This document shows positions 25,324 to 32,000 of a DNA stretch of 32,000 nt, piece after piece (within the stretch, counting starts at the first letter, position 1; the number at the start of each line of letters is the position of its first letter). This DNA is from an uncultured bacterium (GTDB lineage Bacteria; Auribacterota; JACPWU01), in the NCBI GenBank assembly GCA_964640155.1, contig CAZXEQ010000005.1, forward strand, positions 90,001 to 122,000. The letters are read 5' to 3'. The translations under genes were made by a program, and so were the position numbers. The notes beneath the pieces are model-generated. The model worked only from the letters and a program-made list of their open reading frames with translations. It was not told the DNA's origin and searched no databases.

Positions 25324-26442
25324 ATGCCCAAGCTTTCTCGAAAAGAGTGGTTCGGCCTTCTAACATTTTACGGCATTGCTGTCCTTTTTCTTGTTGCTCT
25401 CCCCTTTGTTGGAATTATGTTCAAAAAAGGGATTCTTTCAATCCCGGGCTTAAAATCAACTTATCAGAACATCACACATCATATCGGACAATGGATCACC
25501 CATTGGATGCCAGCAAGAGCAGGACTCTACTTTGCAATTCTTGTCGGAGTGGGTGTTCTTTATTTTCTTTCTGAAGATATTTTAAATCTCATTCGAGGCA
25601 AAAGAGATAAAATCCCAGAAAAAGATTTACCTATAGATGATCAAATTTTAAGAGAAGTTGCCCGTGAATATGGAGAAAAAGAACCTCGCCCTTTAGAGGG
25701 ATCTCCTATGAAAACCTTAAGTTCAACAGACCTTCAAAAAGAGTTAAGCAAAACAAAAATCAACTCCGATATTCAGAAGCGCATTCTAAAAACAGCTAAA
25801 AACCAAGAGATTGCTTCTTTGGAAAATCGTACACAATCTCGATTCGATCGTAACTTCACTTATTCTCGAGTCATCTACTATTGGATTATTGCCATTTTGA
25901 TGATGGGTTTTGCCTGGGCATGGACTATGGCGACTATGTATCCGGGACAAACTACAGGTTTAAAACCTGTCTCATTTATAATCATTGGAATCAGTATCTA
26001 TCTCTTTTATTTGGCAAATTCTTGCACAAAAAAAATCTTTCTGGATAATCAACATGTTTGGATGGGCAAAAACGAAAACAAACTTTTTTGCGAGAAGGAC
26101 TATACTTCCATGTATTACATGAATGTTTTAGTTCGAAATTTTCTTTCCGTTAGAAAAACGTATACACTTATTGTTTTTCGAAAAAGATTTTGTATTCCCC
26201 CACTTACCTATTTTATCGATCGCTTCTTCCCCGCAAGCAATCAAAATAGACAAGTCATCTTTATGAATATCTGGAAGGATGAAGAAGGCAAAATGGTAGC
26301 CGACACAGCATTGATGCAAAGAATATTAGATCACTGCGATTCGAATGGAGTCAAAGTGAAATACTGGCCCTGGGAAGCTCAGTTTTTTATGATGGCTATT
26401 CTTTTTTTCTTAGGACTTTTTCTTTATATCCATTATCGATAA
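25324..26442 (+). CDS. Hypothetical multi-pass membrane protein
   Basis: Long ORF with about five hydrophobic segments and a charged central linker (KRDKIPEKDLPIDDQILREVAREYGEKEPRP). I recognise no family. Confidence 0.55.
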   Translation: MPKLSRKEWFGLLTFYGIAVLFLVALPFVGIMFKKGILSIPGLKSTYQNITHHIGQWITHWMPARAGLYFAILVGVGVLYFLSEDILNLIRGKRDKIPEKDLPIDDQILREVAREYGEKEPRPLEGSPMKTLSSTDLQKELSKTKINSDIQKRILKTAKNQEIASLENRTQSRFDRNFTYSRVIYYWIIAILMMGFAWAWTMATMYPGQTTGLKPVSFIIIGISIYLFYLANSCTKKIFLDNQHVWMGKNENKLFCEKDYTSMYYMNVLVRNFLSVRKTYTLIVFRKRFCIPPLTYFIDRFFPASNQNRQVIFMNIWKDEEGKMVADTALMQRILDHCDSNGVKVKYWPWEAQFFMMAILFFLGLFLYIHYR

Positions 26443-26451
26443 ATAATCTGT

Positions 26452-27189
26452 CTATCGACTTCTTTTAAGCCAATGAACTACAGAAGAAATAAACTGAACA
26501 TATTGATCCCCAACTTCAACGCAAATGCTTTTTGACCAAAGCAAGGTACGTCGCTTCTTTCCCCAATCCACCATTCCTCCACACCAATGCGGCGCTAAAT
26601 CTGTTGTCAAAGCAACAGTACGTATATTCCCGTTTTCATAAACAGCAAGCAAAGGATATTCTTTCTTGGAAAGACTGATTGATTCAGAACTAAATTTTAC
26701 CCCTTCTTTTGCAACCAATAATATTTGAGCACCTTTCTTGAGCTTAACTTGATTCATCCCACAAAGAACCGGAGGTTTCACAAATGAAAGTTTTTTAAGA
26801 ATCATGTGATTACTAACTTTGCAAGGCCAAGCTCCAAGCAAAAAATTGACACGATCATCTTTTTTGAGACATTGAACAGGAAGAAGCTCTTCAATTTTAG
26901 AACCTCCCCAATCCCCGTTCTGCCCTCGATAGGAACTCCAGCCTCCAATCATCCATAAACCTGACCCATTTTGAATTTGCTTTACAATGATCTCTTCTGA
27001 AGATGGAGGAAGATTTTTGTACGGGAAATCACTTAAGATAATCACATCAAATTTTCTTTTTAGAAGAGATGGGAACAAAATTTTTTTGGGATGAACATGT
27101 GTCACTTTTGCATTTAAATATTTTAAAACACTTAAAAGATATCGAGCCGCTCCTTCTTTCTCTCCATCCCCTGCATAAAGAATATTCAT
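26452..27189 (-). CDS. Class-I glutamine-amidotransferase-like protein (DUF1355-like), function unknown
   Basis: FDVIILSDFP...NGSGLWMIGGWSSYRG...IEELLPVQ resembles the GATase1-like family of ~250-aa uncharacterised proteins. Recognition from memory only. Confidence 0.45.
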   Translation of the reverse strand: MNILYAGDGEKEGAARYLLSVLKYLNAKVTHVHPKKILFPSLLKRKFDVIILSDFPYKNLPPSSEEIIVKQIQNGSGLWMIGGWSSYRGQNGDWGGSKIEELLPVQCLKKDDRVNFLLGAWPCKVSNHMILKKLSFVKPPVLCGMNQVKLKKGAQILLVAKEGVKFSSESISLSKKEYPLLAVYENGNIRTVALTTDLAPHWCGGMVDWGKKRRTLLWSKSICVEVGDQYVQFISSVVHWLKRSR

Positions 27190-27210
27190 TTTTATATTTT
27201 TCCTTTAGAC

Positions 27211-27246
27211 AAAAAAAGAGCCGCTTTCTGAATCAGAAAGCGGCTC
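27211..27246 (-). terminator. Strong Rho-independent terminator after the DUF378 gene
   Basis: Minus strand: GAGCCGCUUUCUG-AUU-CAGAAAGCGGCUC (13-bp stem) followed by UUUUUUU. Only ~20 nt remain before the next start codon. Confidence 0.8.
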
Positions 27247-27253
27247 AAAATTA

Positions 27254-27469
27254 CTATTTCTTACATGCTGGACAATCTTTAAAGAGAGCCAGTAAAGATA
27301 CCACTCCCGAAGCACCTATCAGAATATAAACAATACGACTGAGTAACGTCATCGGACCAAAGATCTTAGTCACAAGATCCATTTGAAGAATTCCGACCAG
27401 TCCCCAGTTCAAGGCTCCCACAACCATCAGAATAAAAACAACTTTACAGATAATGCATTTGTTTGTCAT
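27254..27469 (-). CDS. DUF378-family small membrane protein
   Basis: 71 aa. VVGALNWGLVGILQMDLVTKIFG...RIVYILIGASGVVSL is the DUF378 signature with two TM helices. Confidence 0.8.
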   Translation of the reverse strand: MTNKCIICKVVFILMVVGALNWGLVGILQMDLVTKIFGPMTLLSRIVYILIGASGVVSLLALFKDCPACKK

Positions 27470-27691
27470 AGATAGTCCCCTTTCGTTTACGTTTTTACCA
27501 TTGGAACAGTTAGTAACGAAAGCCCCCTAGGTGTGTCCTCAAGATTGACCACTGCCTTATTCTAACATAATCTAAATAAGCTTTTGTATTAAAAAAACTA
27601 ATGTGGAGGATGCGAATAAAAGTGTGTATTTATATACAACATTTCCTATCTATCGTTCATGAGTTTCGCTTATCAAAGTGCATCCTGGGTA

Positions 27692-27700
27692 TGTTATAAT
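27692..27700 (+). promoter_or_regulatory. Extended -10 promoter element for pepF
   Basis: TG-T-TATAAT lies ~50 nt upstream of the pepF ATG. The -35 region is weak. Confidence 0.4.
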
Positions 27701-27750
27701 TCAAAACTTGAATTTAGTCGTCTATCCATTGAATTAATAAAGGACACACA

Positions 27751-29598
27751 ATGAGTGAAATAACTGCAAAAGGGATACAATGGGATTTATCAGACTTATA
27801 TTCATCTCTTGAAGATCCTAAAATTTCAGAAGACCTTCGCCAAGCGGAAAATCTGGCATCACAATTTCAAAAAAAATATAAGCCTTTATTTGAATCGTTG
27901 TCCCAAGAATCCATTCAAGAACAAATTCAAAGAGCTAAAGCCTTTCCTCTTTCTGAATTGCTTGAAGATTATAAAGCTTTAGCCATACTGACAACAAAAC
28001 TCGCAGTTTTCGCACATCTTTCATTTGCGGCTAAAACCAATGACCCTGAAACGGGTCGCTTTCTTCAAAGGATACAGACGGAACTTACTCAAATTCAAAC
28101 CTTGCTTGTTTTTTTCGAAGTTTTTTGGAACAAATTGGACTCCACCGTTGTAAAAAAATTACAGGAAAACCCAAAAGTTCAAAAGGATATTCATTTTCTT
28201 GAAAAAATAAGAACCTTCTCTCCTTACACCCTTTCCGAAGCAGAAGAAAACATCATGGCTAAAAAGTCTAATACGGGCTCAAGGGCTTTTGTCCGTCTTT
28301 TTGACGAAGTTTCTAACAATATGACCTTTGATATTGAAATAGATGGGAAAAAACTTAAAAGAAATAAATCTGAAATTCTAACCCTGTCTCATTCCCCTGA
28401 TCGTTCCTTAAGAAAGAAAAGCAGTGAAAGCCTCGCTCAAGGACTTAAAAACCACAGCCATATTCTCACCTATATTTACAATATGATTTTAGCGGATCAT
28501 CGCATCAATCTTGAAATCCGAAAGCACAGTCATCCCATGGAATCGATGAATCTCATGAATGAAATTGATCTGCAAAGCGTTCTCCATCTCATGGAAAATG
28601 TAAAGAAGGCTTCCGGATTAGGATCTCGATTCTACGATTTAAAAAGAAAAATTTTAGGTTTGAAAGAATTATATGATTATGACCGTTATGCTCCTATTCA
28701 TAACGAAGAAACAAAAATACCTTTTTCAGAATGTCGAGAAATCGTTCTCAAAAGTTATTATGGATTTTCTGAAGAAGTTGGAAAGATTGTCGAACAGTTT
28801 TTCACAAAAAAATGGATTGATGCAGAAATCAGAGAAGGTAAGCACTCAGGAGGATTTTGCGCTCAGACCACGCCTGATCTTCATCCCTATATCTTAGTCA
28901 ATTATACAGGAAGCATGAGAGATGTGATGACGGTTGCTCATGAATTGGGACATGGCCTTCATCAATACTTAGCTGGGAAACGCGTGGGTATTCTGGAATC
29001 GGATGCCCCTCTCACACTGGCTGAAACAGCCTCTGTTTTTGGTGAAATGATTATTTTCGGTCATCTTTTAGAAAGAGAAAATGACCCCAAGAAAAAATTA
29101 GCTCTCATCTGTGGAAAAATTGACGATCATTTCGCAACCATTTTTAGACAAATTATTTTAACTAATTTCGAACTTCAGGCTCATACAGAAGGTCTAGAAA
29201 AAGGTGAACTTTCAGAAGAAAGTTTGAATCATTTCTGGCTGCAAGCTAATCAAGATTTTTATGGAAACAGTGTGAAACTCACAGAGGCCTATTCACATGG
29301 CTGGAAATACATCCCCCACTTTATTCATTCTCCTTTTTATTGTTATGCCTATGCCTTTGCTCAATTGTTTGTTTTAAGCCTTTTTCAGAAATACCAGGAA
29401 GACAAAAAAGCCTTTATTCCAACTTACTTAGAAATGCTTTCTTTAGGGGGATCCCAGCGTCCTGAAAAATTAGCACAAATGGTTGGTCTTGATTTTAAAC
29501 AAGCTGGTTTTTGGGAAAAAGGCCTTTCAATTTTAGAAAACCTCATTCAAGAAGCAGAAAAGTTATCATCATCGGATAAAACTCTTTCGCCTCGATAG
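27751..29598 (+). CDS. pepF: M3B-family oligoendopeptidase F
   Basis: 615 aa. Zinc motif VAHELGHGLHQY with a downstream glutamate (TLAETASVFGE), and overall PepF-like length. Confidence 0.88.
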   Translation: MSEITAKGIQWDLSDLYSSLEDPKISEDLRQAENLASQFQKKYKPLFESLSQESIQEQIQRAKAFPLSELLEDYKALAILTTKLAVFAHLSFAAKTNDPETGRFLQRIQTELTQIQTLLVFFEVFWNKLDSTVVKKLQENPKVQKDIHFLEKIRTFSPYTLSEAEENIMAKKSNTGSRAFVRLFDEVSNNMTFDIEIDGKKLKRNKSEILTLSHSPDRSLRKKSSESLAQGLKNHSHILTYIYNMILADHRINLEIRKHSHPMESMNLMNEIDLQSVLHLMENVKKASGLGSRFYDLKRKILGLKELYDYDRYAPIHNEETKIPFSECREIVLKSYYGFSEEVGKIVEQFFTKKWIDAEIREGKHSGGFCAQTTPDLHPYILVNYTGSMRDVMTVAHELGHGLHQYLAGKRVGILESDAPLTLAETASVFGEMIIFGHLLERENDPKKKLALICGKIDDHFATIFRQIILTNFELQAHTEGLEKGELSEESLNHFWLQANQDFYGNSVKLTEAYSHGWKYIPHFIHSPFYCYAYAFAQLFVLSLFQKYQEDKKAFIPTYLEMLSLGGSQRPEKLAQMVGLDFKQAGFWEKGLSILENLIQEAEKLSSSDKTLSPR

Positions 29599-29602
29599 GA
29601 TT

Positions 29603-30844
29603 ATGTTAGATAAAAAAAAGGGATCCTTATTAACGGTTTTTCTGGCTGTTCTCATTGATCTCCTGGGATTTGGCATTGTCTTACCTCTTTTACCTTTTTA
29701 TGCTTCAGTCTTTCATGCAACGCCTCTTCAAATTGGCCTTCTTTATAGCATTTACTCTTTTGCACAACTTATTTTCTCTCCCCTTTGGGGAAGTTGGTCT
29801 GATCGCTTTGGCCGACGTCCCATCATGCTCATCAGTACATTTGGAGCATGCATTGCCTACACCATTTTTGGATTTTCACGATCCTTGCTCGTACTCTTTC
29901 TTTCTCGACTCATTGCGGGAATAATGGGAGGGAATATTTCTACAGCCCAAGCTTACGTAGCAGATGTCACAACCCATGAAGATCGCGCCAAAGGAATGGG
30001 ACTCATTGGAGCAGCTTTCGGGATTGGGTTTGTCATTGGCCCTGCAGTTGCAGCATTATTGATTCATGAAAAAATAGCAGCTTTTTTTCATATTTCACAA
30101 TTTCGTTATGCCCTACCTGGATTTTTTGCGGCCTTTTTATCATTTTGCAGCTTTCTTCTGGTTTATTTTAAATTACCTGAAACAATCACCAAGAATTCAA
30201 CCAAAGATACTGATCGCATTGTCAAAATGAGTGTTTTTTCAAAAACATTCTGGAAAGTTATTTTTGGAAATAGAAATTTTTCCTCTTCTTTGATTCCCAA
30301 ATTAGTTTTGTGTCTTTTTCTCATTATTTTTGCTCAAGCTAATCTTTACAGTTCCTTTCCTCTCTTTTGTCATAACCAACTCCGTCTTTCTGCAGAAGGA
30401 GTTGGAATATTATTCACCTTCATTGGAATTATTTCGGCTTTGATTCAAGGGGGAGCCATTAAATATTTAACTCAAAAATTTCACGAAGAAAAACTTTTTG
30501 TAACTGGGAATATTTTGATGATGATAGGACTTTTCTTCGTCCCCTTCTCATCTTCAGTTTATATATTAGCTTTTTTTCTTGGAATCATGAGTATGGGAGC
30601 AAGTCTTAATACCCCCACACTCAACAGTCTCATTTCTAAAGAAGCTGACCCTAAGAACATGGGAGCCATGATGGGAGGAGCTCAAGGGATTTCAAGCCTC
30701 GCTCGAGTGTTGGGCCCCACTTGGGGAGGATTGCTTTATCATTTTGGACATCGTCTTCCTTTTCTTATCACCAGCTGCTTATTAAGCCTTACCGTATGGA
30801 TAGGCATTAAAGTTCTTAAACTTCATACTTTAACCAAAAAATAA
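29603..30844 (+). CDS. MFS transporter (DHA1 / TetA-like drug:H+ antiporter family)
   Basis: About 12 TM segments. MFS motif A reads GSWSDRFGRRPIM. Starts 4 nt after the pepF stop. Confidence 0.88.
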   Translation: MLDKKKGSLLTVFLAVLIDLLGFGIVLPLLPFYASVFHATPLQIGLLYSIYSFAQLIFSPLWGSWSDRFGRRPIMLISTFGACIAYTIFGFSRSLLVLFLSRLIAGIMGGNISTAQAYVADVTTHEDRAKGMGLIGAAFGIGFVIGPAVAALLIHEKIAAFFHISQFRYALPGFFAAFLSFCSFLLVYFKLPETITKNSTKDTDRIVKMSVFSKTFWKVIFGNRNFSSSLIPKLVLCLFLIIFAQANLYSSFPLFCHNQLRLSAEGVGILFTFIGIISALIQGGAIKYLTQKFHEEKLFVTGNILMMIGLFFVPFSSSVYILAFFLGIMSMGASLNTPTLNSLISKEADPKNMGAMMGGAQGISSLARVLGPTWGGLLYHFGHRLPFLITSCLLSLTVWIGIKVLKLHTLTKK

Positions 30845-30864
30845 ATCTTTTAAAGGAAGTACTT

Positions 30865-31275
30865 ATGACTTCTTCTGCTAAAGAAAATTCTGTTTTTACA
30901 CGCATCATTCGTGGAGAAATCCCTTGTCATAAAGTTTTAGAAAACGATTCTTGTCTAGCTTTTCTAGAAATCAAACCCGTTCATCCTGGACATACATTAG
31001 TCATTCCAAAAATAGAAGTAGATGCTTTCTTTGATTTAGAAGACGCACTCCTTTCAAATCTCATGATTTTTTCAAAAAAAGTAGCGCAAGCTGTTCAAAA
31101 AGCCATCGATTGCAAGAAAGTAGGTGTCATTATTTATGGAATGGAAGTGCGTCATGCCCATGTTCATTTGATTCCCATCCATGGAATCGCAGGAGAGTTT
31201 AACTTCGCAAATGCAAGACCTGCATCAAACGAGGAACTTCAGAAAATGGCAGAAAAAATTAGATCTCAACTGTAG
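30865..31275 (+). CDS. HIT-family (histidine triad) nucleotide hydrolase
   Basis: FTRIIRGEIPCHKVLENDSCLAFLEIKPVHPGHTLVIPK and the histidine triad HAHVHLIP. Confidence 0.9.
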   Translation: MTSSAKENSVFTRIIRGEIPCHKVLENDSCLAFLEIKPVHPGHTLVIPKIEVDAFFDLEDALLSNLMIFSKKVAQAVQKAIDCKKVGVIIYGMEVRHAHVHLIPIHGIAGEFNFANARPASNEELQKMAEKIRSQL

Positions 31276-31292
31276 AAAATTATACGCTATTC

Positions 31293-31470
31293 GGGTGACC
31301 GATGAATCGAGTCATGAGCAATCGCACTCGAGTGAAAGCAACAAAAGTAAAGGGACCCAACTTCAAATTGACTCAAAAAAGAAAACAAACGAAAATTAAA
31401 ATGAATATCTTCATGGGCGCTGGAATGCGTACGAGAGAAGAGAGCGAATGACATTCGTCGGGCAGGACCC
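31293..31470 (-). repeat. Structured intergenic repeat, copy B (inverted relative to copy A)
   Basis: Its reverse complement aligns with 21374-21548. Termini pair as GGGT...ACCC, CCGACGAAT/ATTCATCGG and GTCAT/ATGAC. Lies between the convergent HIT and xth genes. Confidence 0.7.
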
Positions 31471-31478
31471 GTTTCCTT

Positions 31479-32000
31479 TTATTTAAACTCCACCGTCACA
31501 GGACAATGATCTGAGCCATAGACATGTGGTAAGATTCCCGCATCTTTAACCCCACTCACCAAATCATCAGAAACAAAATGATAATCAATTCTCCAGCCAA
31601 CATTTCGCTCTCGAGCGGCTGTTTTCATATCCCACCATGTATAATGCTGGGGTTCTTGGCTGAATTTTCTAAAAATATCTACTTGTCCATCCTCCACCCA
31701 ACGATCCAACCAAGACCGCTCTATTTTTAAAAATCCGGATACATTTTCATTTTCTTTAGGGCGAGCTAAATCAATCGGTTGATGGGCCGTATTATAATCG
31801 CCAGAAACAATGACACTCTTTCCTTGATCTTTTAACTTCTTAACAAATTTCATCGTTTCTTCATAGAAATCTAACTTGTATTGAAGCCTTTCAGGACTCG
31901 CCTTGCCATTGGGAAAATAAATATTCAAAAGCACAAACTCTGGAAATTCTGTTAAGAGAACACGGCCTTCTTCATCAAATCGAGCCACATTAAAACCAAG
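31479..32000 (-). CDS. xth: Exodeoxyribonuclease III (N-terminus beyond the window end)
   Basis: The frame is open to position 32000. ARFDEEGRVLLTEFPEFVLLNIYFPNG, VSGDYNTAHQPIDL, WWDMKTAARERNVGWRIDY and the C-terminal GSDHCPV are ExoIII/APE-family motifs. Confidence 0.9.
   Translation of the reverse strand, partial: LGFNVARFDEEGRVLLTEFPEFVLLNIYFPNGKASPERLQYKLDFYEETMKFVKKLKDQGKSVIVSGDYNTAHQPIDLARPKENENVSGFLKIERSWLDRWVEDGQVDIFRKFSQEPQHYTWWDMKTAARERNVGWRIDYHFVSDDLVSGVKDAGILPHVYGSDHCPVTVEFK

Noticed and set aside
27601-27699. 32-codon plus-strand ORF (MWRMRIKVCIYIQHF...) in the DUF378/pepF spacer
   Set aside because: It has no Shine-Dalgarno, overlaps the likely pepF promoter and has no recognisable features.
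1-32000. CRISPR arrays, tRNA/rRNA genes, IS elements, integrases, toxin-antitoxin pairs, restriction-modification or other defence modules
   Set aside because: No regularly spaced direct repeats, no cloverleaf-capable GC-rich ~75-nt segments and no ORFs with the relevant motifs turned up while reading both strands. This was by eye only; tRNAscan-SE, Infernal, CRISPR finders and defence-system HMMs should confirm it.

Overview
Low-GC, densely coding bacterial chromosomal window; I cannot assign a taxon. I found no rRNA, tRNA, CRISPR array, transposase, integrase, phage gene or recognisable defence system. Positions ~2.0-16.9 kb form one minus-strand run: tlyA, dxs, xseB, xseA, rny, 5-formyl-THF cyclo-ligase, rarA, a DUF2779/Cas4-like nuclease, a CxxC-x17-CxxC zinc-ribbon protein, an orphan solute-binding protein, a fused EutB-EutC ethanolamine ammonia-lyase, a SnoaL-like protein and a yeast-type (FCY1-like) cytosine deaminase. 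The plus-strand half carries a heterodimeric ABC exporter, bolA-grxD, metH, a membrane protein, pepF, an MFS transporter and a HIT protein. A GATase1-like gene and a DUF378 gene sit on the minus strand in between. Both window edges cut genes: a secreted MA-type peptidase at the left and xth at the right. Most content is housekeeping, and I do not claim a new protein system. The most unexplained signals are non-coding. (1) A ~175-nt self-complementary intergenic element occurs twice in inverted orientation (21374-21548 and 31293-31470), with compensatory changes in its closing helices, bracketing a ~10 kb block. (2) A GC-rich, strand-specific structured leader and a palindrome lie in front of the fused eutBC gene and do not look like a cobalamin riboswitch. 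(3) A GC-rich multi-hairpin element sits at 16312-16399. (4) A 17-bp strand-specific hairpin sits at 12491-12538. Among the proteins, the non-canonical EutBC neighbourhood and the DUF2779 plus zinc-ribbon pair are the best leads.
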